NCBI GenBank assembly: GCA_039934415.1
Contig: JBDTME010000001.1
Span: 1 to 47,495, forward strand
From: Patescibacteria group bacterium
GTDB taxonomy: Bacteria > Patescibacteriota > Microgenomatia > UBA1400 > PJMF01
Reading direction: 5' to 3'
DNA length: 47,495 nt
Shown here piece by piece: positions 38,870-47,388 of the stretch (position 1 is its first letter; each line of letters opens with the position of its first letter). A model generated the notes under the pieces. It did not search any database. It was not told the DNA's origin and saw only the letters and a program-made list of their open reading frames with translations. The translations under genes and the position numbers were made by a program.

Positions 38870-39397
38870 ATGATCAAACAACTTTCAACCAAGATTGTGT
38901 ATGAAAATCAGTGGATGCGTGTTCGAGAAGATACGGTTGAATTTCCTAATGAACATCAGGGAATTTATGGAGTTGTGGAAAAATCTGATTTTGCACTTAT
39001 CATTCCTTTCGATGGTGAACATTTTTATTTAGTCAGGCAGTATCGATACCCAATTCAACAATTTTCTCTTGAATTTCCTCAGGGAAAACATGAAGAGAGT
39101 GTGAAAATCTTCCCGCTTGATTTGGCGAAAGCTGAACTAAAAGAAGAGACGGGATTAGTTACTAAGAATATAAAGGAAATTGGTTTTCTTCATGAAGCAC
39201 CAGGTTATGCTAATCAAGGTTTTCACATTTTTCTTGCCACTGAGTTATCTCAACAGGGACAGAAACTAGATTTAACTGAAGAAGGGTTGGTAATTGTTAA
39301 ACTGAGTGTTTCGGAGTTTGAACAAATGATTAGAATCGGGGAAATTACAGATGCTCCGACGATTAGCGCCTATACTCTATTCAACCTTGTTATCTAG
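38870..39397 (+). CDS. Nudix hydrolase (ADP-ribose pyrophosphatase-like)
   Basis: QYRYP, EFPQG...AKAELKEETGL Nudix box and ITDAPTI. Confidence 0.9.
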   Translation: MIKQLSTKIVYENQWMRVREDTVEFPNEHQGIYGVVEKSDFALIIPFDGEHFYLVRQYRYPIQQFSLEFPQGKHEESVKIFPLDLAKAELKEETGLVTKNIKEIGFLHEAPGYANQGFHIFLATELSQQGQKLDLTEEGLVIVKLSVSEFEQMIRIGEITDAPTISAYTLFNLVI

Positions 39398-40159
39398 AGA
39401 GAGTACTATCTTGTTTAGTTTGTTTCGGGTCTCCACTAACTCTCTAATTTTTATTTTAAGTACATTTAGCCAATCAAGATCCAAGTTTTCGAGTGAGTAG
39501 TTTTTTTGAATTTCAGACAATCTGTCTTTTATGTGAGTAAAATCTGATATATACGCTGAAGCATTGTCTTGGATATTAGTATTAGATACAAACGCTTTGA
39601 GGTATGGGCTAGCAGCAATTAAGTCAGGTGACTGCACATTTTCTCTAATTCTGGCAATTCTTTTTGCTAGATCTTTCTCGTAAGGCGGAGTGTCTGGGGA
39701 TAACGGTCTATAAATGATCTCAATCTCGAGGTATTGTTTGCACAATTTTGTGAGAGACTCAATTAAGTTTGTGCCTAAATCCTGAATGGCAAGTTCAAAA
39801 GCATGCCTTTGTAGAATTTTAGGTTCTTTTTGCCACAGCCAGAGATTTGCGTACTCTTTGGTGAAATGTTGTATTATCTCTTCGATCACTGTGCTTAAAA
39901 TGTTGATCTTCGAAATTACTGTCACAATTTTAGTTTGATAAGTCTCGGTTTCCATGATCTTCTGTAGTAATGCAATGGTGGCTTCATCATGTTCTTGGAC
40001 ATCAATGTCAGGTAAAAATTCTGGGATTTCTGCATCAAGTAACGATGATGACTCTGGGGTATTGAGTTGTGGATCAGGTTTTACTAATGCTTCAACCCCT
40101 TCGATCAGTCGCCGCTTTCGTTGAGCTAACTGATCAGTGATTTTTCTTTCTGCACCCAT
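39377..40159 (-). CDS. Hypothetical helical protein, 260 aa
   Basis: Long ORF 4 nt downstream of serS; no motif recognised. Confidence 0.7.
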   Translation of the reverse strand: MGAERKITDQLAQRKRRLIEGVEALVKPDPQLNTPESSSLLDAEIPEFLPDIDVQEHDEATIALLQKIMETETYQTKIVTVISKINILSTVIEEIIQHFTKEYANLWLWQKEPKILQRHAFELAIQDLGTNLIESLTKLCKQYLEIEIIYRPLSPDTPPYEKDLAKRIARIRENVQSPDLIAASPYLKAFVSNTNIQDNASAYISDFTHIKDRLSEIQKNYSLENLDLDWLNVLKIKIRELVETRNKLNKIVLSLDNKVE

Positions 40160-40163
40160 ATTT

Positions 40164-41423
40164 TTACCCTATTTTTTCCTTTCCCATGAACTCTCTCAGA
40201 ACTGCAGGGATTGTAATAGTGCCGTCTGCTTCCTGGTAGTTTTCAATAATAGCTCCGAGTAAACGAGGCGTCGCTGCTACGGTATTGTTTAAAGTGTATA
40301 CATACTTCAAACTGCCGTCTTTAGCTCGGTACCGAATATTGAGTCGTCGCGATTGAAAGTCATTGAAGTAACTGTCCGAATGGGTTTCACGATATGCATT
40401 TTGGCCTGCGAACCAAGTTTCGATATCATACTTTTTACGTTGGCCTGCTCCCATGTCACCTGTGCACATTAATAACACATGATACGGCAGATTGAGGGCT
40501 TGTAAAATTTCTTCAGCAAAGACGCGCATTTGGTCATGCATATTTCTGGTGACTTCTTCGTCTGCTACAGTGTAGACAACCTGTTCAATTTTTTGAAACT
40601 GATGAACACGGAAAAAACCCTGAGTATCTTTGCCGTAACTCCCAACTTCGCGGCGGAAACAAGGACTGATCCCTACCATTTTGATCGGAAGATCTTTCTC
40701 GTTTAGCGTTTCATCTTTGTAATATGCCGTCAGGGAAACTTCGGCTGTTCCAATTAATCCTTGATCATCTTGAGTGTGATAGTGATCTTCTTTCCCCCAA
40801 GGAAAGTAACCAGTTCCAGTTAAGGCTTCATAATTGACCATCCAAGGTACGGTCATGGGTGTAAAACCTTTGGCTATCATGTGCTTGAGAGCAAATTGTT
40901 GAACAGCCATTTCTAATAGTACGAGATCGTTTTTGAGGAAGTAAGCACGTCGACCGGCAATGCGAACCGCACGTTTAGAGTCGAACAGATCGAGGTCTTC
41001 TGCAAGTTCAGCATGAGTCTTTGGTTGAAAATCGAACTGACGCTTCTGTCCCCATTCAAATAATTCTTGATTGCCTGTTTCATCTTTACCAAATGGCACG
41101 TCATATGCTGCTGGGTTAGGAACTTGAAGCATCAAATCAGTAAAGGTCTCTTCTACATGCTTTAATTGCGGTTCTAAATCTTGCAATTGTTTTTTTAACT
41201 CTTTACCTTTATCAATTTGTTCTGGAGTGGGTTTCCCTTGTTGTTTAATAATTCCATTGTGTTCATTGCTCTGTTTCCGTAACTCTTCAACTTTAGTGAG
41301 CAGCTCGCGGCGTTCTTTATCAACTCGTAACACCTCATCCACAATTTGTGGATTAAATTGTTTTTGATCAATGGCAGTTTTGAGTTCATTCGCGTGTTCG
41401 CGAATATACTGAATATCTAACAT
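40164..41423 (-). CDS. serS: Seryl-tRNA synthetase
   Basis: N-terminal coiled coil, GTAEV, FRREVG..G.FRVHQF and TLNNTVAATPR; AAAGGAG SD. Confidence 0.97.
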   Translation of the reverse strand: MLDIQYIREHANELKTAIDQKQFNPQIVDEVLRVDKERRELLTKVEELRKQSNEHNGIIKQQGKPTPEQIDKGKELKKQLQDLEPQLKHVEETFTDLMLQVPNPAAYDVPFGKDETGNQELFEWGQKRQFDFQPKTHAELAEDLDLFDSKRAVRIAGRRAYFLKNDLVLLEMAVQQFALKHMIAKGFTPMTVPWMVNYEALTGTGYFPWGKEDHYHTQDDQGLIGTAEVSLTAYYKDETLNEKDLPIKMVGISPCFRREVGSYGKDTQGFFRVHQFQKIEQVVYTVADEEVTRNMHDQMRVFAEEILQALNLPYHVLLMCTGDMGAGQRKKYDIETWFAGQNAYRETHSDSYFNDFQSRRLNIRYRAKDGSLKYVYTLNNTVAATPRLLGAIIENYQEADGTITIPAVLREFMGKEKIG

Positions 41424-41439
41424 ACTTCTCCTTTATATA

Positions 41440-41609
41440 CTAAAAGACCCTCTTTCACTCACCATATCAATGATGAACGAAAGAGGGTCTTGGTAGACGG
41501 TACCACCTCAATTTTTTGCTTATCCTGCGATGACGGGCTTACCCGGCTCGATTATGACCTCGAACTGCATTGGTGAGGGCTAGTCACCTCAAACGCATGT
41601 GCTATATTA
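41440..41609 (-). ncRNA. T-box leader of serS with an apparently ultrashort Stem I
   Basis: Antiterminator GAGG-UGGUACC-GUCU...AGAC-CCUC (bulge 41499-41505); competing 13-bp stem 41479-41491/41444-41456; IIA/B block 41527-41546; AGC in a hairpin loop at 41579-41581; TG-TATAAT at 41616-41621. Confidence 0.85.
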
Positions 41610-41637
41610 GATGAAATTATAACAATTTTTTTATAAT

Positions 41638-42048
41638 ATGTCTCAACCAATTGGTGCATGTATCTTAGTTTTTAATTCCAAAGGGCAGTTGCTTTTAGGG
41701 AAACGGTTAAATAGCTATAAAGCAGGCTATTTTGGATTTCCTGGAGGCAGAATTGAGGTCGGTGAACTTGTTTTAGATTGTGCAAAGAGAGAGTTAAAAG
41801 AAGAGACCGGTCTTTCTACAAAAGAAGTGAAGTATTTGGGTCTGGTCAAAGAGAATCAAGGTGATTACGACTTTATTCATTTTGTATGCAACGTTAACGT
41901 GGGTGATCAACAACCCATCTGTATCGAACCAGAAAAATGTGAGAATTGGGACTGGTTTGATCTAAATAAACTTCCTAAAGAAATACTTGAAGGGCATTTA
42001 GCAGCAATTAAATTATGGAAAGAGAAGAAAAATTTCATAGAGATTTAA
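41638..42048 (+). CDS. Nudix hydrolase (MutT/NUDT15-like)
   Basis: FPGGRIEVGELVLDCAKRELKEETGL box; EPEKCENWDWF. Confidence 0.92.
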   Translation: MSQPIGACILVFNSKGQLLLGKRLNSYKAGYFGFPGGRIEVGELVLDCAKRELKEETGLSTKEVKYLGLVKENQGDYDFIHFVCNVNVGDQQPICIEPEKCENWDWFDLNKLPKEILEGHLAAIKLWKEKKNFIEI

Positions 42049-42052
42049 AAAT

Positions 42053-42658
42053 TTAACTTCCTATGAGTGCTTTCTTATAACCAAACTTCTCCCCGACTTT
42101 GAACTGAACGAGGCTGAAAATGAGTACATTTATCAGCATGATGTAAATAATGAAGCCGCTGTTTGCAAATGACAGTCTTTCAATAGTAAATAGTGTTATC
42201 AATACTCCAACGGAGGTTGTTAACCATGGCCATGCTACTTCTGTTTCAGGGTATTTATATGATTTTACGACTGTTGGAATTGCTGCAAGTCCATCGGCCA
42301 TAATACTAAAGAAAATTGCGACATTCCCAGTTTTAGTGATTAACCATAAAATTAAACCAATGATTGAGAAAAACCCACAGATTAGATCAAATTTCGTAAT
42401 CTTCCATTCCGCTTTTTTATTGACAAGAGAAGCGATGAAAATAAGAAAAGGAAGAAAACCCACACTAAATGTCATCAGAGATTCAAAACCTACACCTTGT
42501 TTTATTTGTGCGGCGAATGCGATGAACGGTGCGATTGACCAAAGCAGAAACGACACTCTATTTGGCTTCACTCTCCCTTTCACCGTATCAATAAGGTACG
42601 CTATTGTACCGAATGCACTGAGCACAGTACCTAAGATGACAAAGTTCTGATTTAACAT
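42053..42658 (-). CDS. Multi-TM hypothetical membrane protein
   Basis: Hydrophobic; GRVKPNRVSFLLW and ADGLAAIPTVVKSY..PETE. Confidence 0.8.
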   Translation of the reverse strand: MLNQNFVILGTVLSAFGTIAYLIDTVKGRVKPNRVSFLLWSIAPFIAFAAQIKQGVGFESLMTFSVGFLPFLIFIASLVNKKAEWKITKFDLICGFFSIIGLILWLITKTGNVAIFFSIMADGLAAIPTVVKSYKYPETEVAWPWLTTSVGVLITLFTIERLSFANSGFIIYIMLINVLIFSLVQFKVGEKFGYKKALIGS

Positions 42659-42679
42659 ATTTTTATTATAACAGCGAAT

Positions 42680-43120
42680 CTAAGTAATAGAGTTTTGCAA
42701 TGTTTGTAATTCTTCTATCATTTCTAAAGAATACGGTAATCGATCAAGGTCTTTTATTTCATCAAATGTAAACCACTTATATGAATGTGTTTCTTGGTTT
42801 AATTTGATTTCTTTATTGTTCTTTACTAATTGACAGAGATATCCAATGAGTAAGGTATGTTCAGGAACTCCAGCTGTGTGATGCCATATGTGAGTTCTGA
42901 CAGATGGACATGGCAGAATAATCTTAATATCTTGACTTATTTCTTCCTGACATTCTCGTATCACTGTTTGTTCAGTTGTTTCTCCAAACTCTACTTTTCC
43001 TCCAGCAAGCTGCCATTTCAAATGAACTTCTGGCCATTGTGGCGAATATCGCTGAGTTAGCAAGTACTCGTGGTGGTCATTTTGAATCACAGCAACTACA
43101 ACGGGGACAAATCTATTCAT
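42680..43120 (-). CDS. Nudix hydrolase (MutT-like)
   Basis: WQLAGGKVEFGETTEQTVIRECQEE box. Confidence 0.9.
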   Translation of the reverse strand: MNRFVPVVVAVIQNDHHEYLLTQRYSPQWPEVHLKWQLAGGKVEFGETTEQTVIRECQEEISQDIKIILPCPSVRTHIWHHTAGVPEHTLLIGYLCQLVKNNKEIKLNQETHSYKWFTFDEIKDLDRLPYSLEMIEELQTLQNSIT

Positions 43121-43641
43121 AGATTTTTAAACACTTCAATCAAAAATCCAATGTGTTCTTCTGGTGTTTTGTTAATGAGTTCCATACCTCGTTTGATGTC
43201 ATCTCGGCTGACATTAACTGCGAATGATTTATCTTTGAGTTTTTTCTTGACTGATTTGAGTTCCATGTCTGCAAAGCGATTTGGGCGCATCAAAGAGATG
43301 GCGTTCATGAGTCCGGAAATTTCATCGTTGGCGAAGAGATATTTTTCTATCAAAGTCTCAGGCTGTTTACCTGTTCTTTCAGGAGCGTGAGCGGCAATAG
43401 CTAATCGTAATTCTTCTGGATACTCATCTAACCATTCTTTGATTGCTTTATTAGGATGTTCCTCTGGATATTCTTCCCAATCAAGATCGTGCAACAAGCC
43501 AGCTGTGTACCATAACTCTTCGTCTTCGCCCAACTCTTTAGCATATGCCTCCATTGCTGCTGCAACCATTTCGCAGTGATGACGAAGTGCTTCATTTTTA
43601 ACGTGTTTTTCAAGCAGTGAGTAAGCTTTTGTGTTTGTCAT
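43117..43641 (-). CDS. HD-domain (HDIG-type) hydrolase
   Basis: LRHH, GLLHDLDWE, AIAAH and ANDEISG metal ligands. Confidence 0.88.
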   Translation of the reverse strand: MTNTKAYSLLEKHVKNEALRHHCEMVAAAMEAYAKELGEDEELWYTAGLLHDLDWEEYPEEHPNKAIKEWLDEYPEELRLAIAAHAPERTGKQPETLIEKYLFANDEISGLMNAISLMRPNRFADMELKSVKKKLKDKSFAVNVSRDDIKRGMELINKTPEEHIGFLIEVFKNL

Positions 43642-43645
43642 ACTT

Positions 43646-44128
43646 TTATTCAGTAAGTGGGTTCAGTACTGCGTTAATAATATGTTTAAGAAAGGCACTT
43701 GCTGTCTGGATATTCATGACTGTATTTGACATTCGCAGGAAATTATCTATACCCTGTTCGTCTTGAGATTTTGCAAGTATTGTTTCAAGATCTTCTAGGC
43801 CTTCTTGATTTAAAATTACTTGAGCATAGTTTGGAGTTTGAAGACAAATAAAAAATTGCAAATAATACTCAGGTTTTCTCTGAAATTCAGTTTTTTCTTC
43901 TTGATTCAGAAATTTACTTACTTCTTGTATTAACGCTTCCTCTAAAATTAGTCTGGGAGGTAAAATGCAATCTGGGTTGATGGGTTTTTCCAGCTTACGA
44001 AATATCCTAGTTTCAGAATCCTTTATACTTCCGGGAAATATGATTATCTTTTGATTAAGTCTTTCAGCTGTCATATGCTTATCTGGCAATACCTTGTAAT
44101 TCGCAACCACCTCAATTTTCACCGTCAT
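43646..44128 (-). CDS. Hypothetical protein
   Basis: ORF overlaps the lysS stop; no motif recognised. Confidence 0.6.
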   Translation of the reverse strand: MTVKIEVVANYKVLPDKHMTAERLNQKIIIFPGSIKDSETRIFRKLEKPINPDCILPPRLILEEALIQEVSKFLNQEEKTEFQRKPEYYLQFFICLQTPNYAQVILNQEGLEDLETILAKSQDEQGIDNFLRMSNTVMNIQTASAFLKHIINAVLNPLTE

Positions 44129-45806
44129 TATGAACACTTTTTGTGTTCAATTCTCCAATTCTTTTTTGTCTTAACTGAGGATCTATGGATAATAGAAACC
44201 AGGCTGCTCTGGGTCCATGGTTTTTGCCCAGGAATGCTTGATAAATTGAAGTAAAGGCAAGCTTAGGGCCAATCGTTTTTTTGGCTATCTCGTACAATTG
44301 AGTTTGAAGATCAAGCTCTCTGTTTTGCCAGTTTTCTTTTTCAATTAGTTCAGTGGCTTCGCGCAGAAACTGTATTTGATCGGCAGAAAGTTTTTTTGCA
44401 GCATCTGGTAGTGTTTCTTTTGGTTTAAATTGAAACTCTTCATTTGCAAAGCGATCCAACCAAATTTGTGCATATTTCTGGCGACTTTCTAACTCTTCTA
44501 GTTCTGGTTTGGTCAAAGCAGAACCTTTTACCTCTGCAAATTTTTCTGGCAAGTTCATTTCTGGGTACTGCATCCAGATAGCAATGTCCCTGAAACGAGG
44601 CAGAAAATGCTGTGAGGGAATGGTATCGGTGTGTGCAAGTTCAAATGAGCGGGTCAGTTTGGCGTCGGATTCTGTAGTGCCCCAATAAGAATTAGCAGCT
44701 TGATCGAATTCATCGAATAAGTCAGGTATCGCCATAGAACGAGGGTCGAAGTCAATGACTTGACTGGAGACCCTGTTTACGAATAAAAAGCGACCTACCT
44801 CTTTTGGAAAAAGTTGAACAAACTCTCTTGCAGAAGTTCCTACACCTTTACTCGAACTCATTTTTGTCCCGCGAATCAGGATCCATTCGTATGGAATGTC
44901 AAAAGGAACAACTGACTGAAAGATTTTTTTAACCATTTCATTAGCCATGTCCCTAGATCCTCCTGCAGAAGTGTGATCTTTACCCGCACCTTCAACATTG
45001 ACACCCATGACTTGCCAGTGAGCTGGCCAATCCACTTTCCAGAGAAACTTGCCCGTTCCGCCAAATGGAGATATTTTACTTTGAAATCCACAGCCTTTAG
45101 CCCAGACCACCTTATTTTCCTGACATTCAAAAGTGACTTGTTCGCCGTCCCAATCTGTTGTGAGTGTCGTGCCAACTTTGCCGCATTGAGGGCAGATGAC
45201 CTGAAATGGGAACCATTTACGAGGCAGTTTGTACTGAGCAACTTCTTCGTATACTTTTTTCACCTCTTCTACATGATCGAGTACAAATCGAATAATTTCA
45301 TCCATTTTGCCACTTTCATACAGTTCATGGCTCCATACGATTTGAGGTGTTGCGCCTAAATCTTGAAATGCTTGTATGAAATCTTTGGCATAGAGTTCTG
45401 CGAAATTATTGAGTGCTTCATAGGCGTGTATTTCTTCTGGACTACTTTGTGAAAAATCAATTCCTGATTGAGCCAAGTTCGGTTTAGGTATTTTAAATAG
45501 TGGCACACCCATGTACTTCTGATATATATCTTGATCTAAGTATCCAGGTAGCGAGTCCATCGGGTCCATGTCATTAAAGACATACGTGCTTTCGAGTTTA
45601 GGTTCTGTTTTTCGTAGGGCTTGAGCGACAATGTCATGAATGAGAACACCTCTTAGAGCGCCAGTATGGACTCTTCCTGATGGTGTCTTCATGTCATCGA
45701 CGTGGAGATGTGTTACTTTTTTTGCTGTTTTCCACTCCATGATTGAGTCAACTACTTTATCAACCCAATGGACGCTGGTTTGTTCTGTGCTTTTTATATC
45801 TGACAT
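44112..45806 (-). CDS. lysS: Class I lysyl-tRNA synthetase
   Basis: TPSGRVHTGALR (HIGH-like), CPQCG Zn knuckle, WKVDWPAHW, GAGKDH and KMSSSKG; GGAG precedes ATG 45806. Confidence 0.96.
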   Translation of the reverse strand: MSDIKSTEQTSVHWVDKVVDSIMEWKTAKKVTHLHVDDMKTPSGRVHTGALRGVLIHDIVAQALRKTEPKLESTYVFNDMDPMDSLPGYLDQDIYQKYMGVPLFKIPKPNLAQSGIDFSQSSPEEIHAYEALNNFAELYAKDFIQAFQDLGATPQIVWSHELYESGKMDEIIRFVLDHVEEVKKVYEEVAQYKLPRKWFPFQVICPQCGKVGTTLTTDWDGEQVTFECQENKVVWAKGCGFQSKISPFGGTGKFLWKVDWPAHWQVMGVNVEGAGKDHTSAGGSRDMANEMVKKIFQSVVPFDIPYEWILIRGTKMSSSKGVGTSAREFVQLFPKEVGRFLFVNRVSSQVIDFDPRSMAIPDLFDEFDQAANSYWGTTESDAKLTRSFELAHTDTIPSQHFLPRFRDIAIWMQYPEMNLPEKFAEVKGSALTKPELEELESRQKYAQIWLDRFANEEFQFKPKETLPDAAKKLSADQIQFLREATELIEKENWQNRELDLQTQLYEIAKKTIGPKLAFTSIYQAFLGKNHGPRAAWFLLSIDPQLRQKRIGELNTKSVHNDGEN

Positions 45807-45825
45807 AAAAACTCCAATGTTGTAC

Positions 45826-46083
45826 AAAAAAACTCTCGTTTCAACTCAAGCAGTAGCTTAAGTGTATACGAGAGTCTTTCAACTCGGTACCATCGTAATT
45901 CGTCTCGCGTTAGCTCGACCTTCATGACGGCGATGACGGGCCTACCCGGACAACTCTACTTTTCTTGTTCAGAATTTCTTTTGTCAGCTCTAGAGTCTTT
46001 TCAATTCTTGATTAATCGACTCCTTTGCAACTTCAGCGGAGCTCTCTTAGCAATTTTTTCAAGAATCTACTTGTCTCTGTCAA
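45826..46083 (-). ncRNA. Canonical T-box riboswitch of lysS, specifier AAG
   Basis: Long Stem I with AGUA/GAA loop, AGAGA bulge and GCUGAA apical loop; AAG (45997-45999) then A; Stem II UGAA/AGUA; IIA/B; antiterminator CGA-UGGUACC-GAGU...ACUC-UCG (bulge 45886-45892); terminator ACTCTCGT/ACGAGAGT plus U tract. Confidence 0.92.
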
Positions 46084-46094
46084 TGCTTTTAGTC

Positions 46095-46577
46095 TTAACT
46101 TACTTTGATAATGTTGTATTGCTGCATCCCAGCAGGAACTTCTACTTTAAGCTCTTCACCTTGTTTTTTGCCAAGTAAAGCTTTACCTAAAGGTGAGTCA
46201 CTAGAGATTTTATTTTCTACGGGATCAGCTTCCCAAGCGGTAACTACCTGATAATCCAACATTTTATTGTTATGTTTTAAGGTCACTTTTGAGCCAACTC
46301 TTATGATTGTTTGGGTATGGTGTTTGATAACTTTAGACTGGGCAATCACGTTTTCAAGTTCTTCAATGCGAGAGTCCAAGAAAGAGAGGTCTTCTCTAGC
46401 TGCCTGATATTCTGCATTTTCAGTCAAATCACCGTAGGAGCGTGCTAGGGCGACTCGATCAACTGCTGGTTGATGCTTGTTCTTGAGTTGAGCCAGCTCT
46501 GCAACCATCTCATCATAGCCCTCTTGGGTGAGTTCTATTTTCTGCATGATTGGTGTGGTTGTGGTGTTAGGTGTCAT
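46095..46577 (-). CDS. greA: Transcription elongation factor GreA
   Basis: ARSYGDLTENAEYQAARE and ISSDSPLGKALLG; start at 46577 inferred from the promoter position. Confidence 0.96.
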   Translation of the reverse strand: MTPNTTTTPIMQKIELTQEGYDEMVAELAQLKNKHQPAVDRVALARSYGDLTENAEYQAAREDLSFLDSRIEELENVIAQSKVIKHHTQTIIRVGSKVTLKHNNKMLDYQVVTAWEADPVENKISSDSPLGKALLGKKQGEELKVEVPAGMQQYNIIKVS

Positions 46578-46590
46578 AAAATCTTTACCA

Positions 46591-46618
46591 ATTGTAATGG
46601 CTTTCACTATCTTGTAAA
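46591..46618 (-). promoter_or_regulatory. Candidate sigma70 promoter for greA (and read-through into the lysS T-box)
   Basis: TTTACA (46613-46618), 16 nt, then TACAAT (46591-46596). Confidence 0.5.
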
Positions 46619-46646
46619 GGGTTTGGGAAATCTTATTATAGGATGT

Positions 46647-47060
46647 TTAGCTGATGTTTTTGCGTTTATTGTAACTTTGAATTTCCATCATGGCTTTACG
46701 CAGTGAAGCCTCGGCCAAAACAAAATCACGCTGATCAAGTTTGTGCTGCATCTGTTCTTCAGCTCTCTTTTTTGCTTCTTCGGCTTTAAGAATATCAATG
46801 TCACTCGAACGGACAGCTGTATCAGTCATAATAGTGACGACGTTATCAGGGCTGACGTCCGTAAAACCATCGGCTACGACTACGGAGTGCTCTTCACCAT
46901 CATTACGAAAAATCACTTCTCCAACTTTAATCCGAGTGAATAGAGGCACGTGATTGGCTAAAACAGTGATTTCCCCATCCACAGTAGGAATAGTGACAGA
47001 TTCGACTTCTTGTCGCAGTAATTCTTTTTCTTGAGTGATGATTTTAAGAGTGAGAGTCAT
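46647..47060 (-). CDS. atpC: F1 ATP synthase epsilon subunit
   Basis: IPTVDGEITVLANHVP and DID..KAEEAKKRAE. Confidence 0.95.
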   Translation of the reverse strand: MTLTLKIITQEKELLRQEVESVTIPTVDGEITVLANHVPLFTRIKVGEVIFRNDGEEHSVVVADGFTDVSPDNVVTIMTDTAVRSSDIDILKAEEAKKRAEEQMQHKLDQRDFVLAEASLRKAMMEIQSYNKRKNIS

Positions 47061-47073
47061 AGCTGATTTTAAA

Positions 47074-47370
47074 TTAACTTTGATTTGGGCGGTTTTTCCA
47101 CCACTCTACCCAAGTTTTTTGATTCTTTCTCATATTACCCCATTCTTCTTCAGGAACAGGATTTTCTCCAGTAATTTTAGCGAGTGCATAGAACCAGTGA
47201 TCAATTTCTACTTCTAGTTCTTCAATAATCCAAGGAATCGCTTGTTCTCCGAGCGTGATGATTTCTTGATACGCTTCATGGTTGATAATCGCATCCACAC
47301 TAGATTCAAAAAGAGTATCTACTTTCCACTCATCGACTAATTCATTAAAACGTTCTCTTGTACTACTCAT
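47074..47370 (-). CDS. Trp-rich helical hypothetical protein between atpD and atpC
   Basis: HEAYQEIITLGEQAIPWII...HWFYALAKITGENPV...WVEWW; 18-nt and 13-nt gaps to its neighbours. Confidence 0.8.
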   Translation of the reverse strand: MSSTRERFNELVDEWKVDTLFESSVDAIINHEAYQEIITLGEQAIPWIIEELEVEIDHWFYALAKITGENPVPEEEWGNMRKNQKTWVEWWKNRPNQS

Positions 47371-47388
47371 ATCTTTTTTAAATATGTT

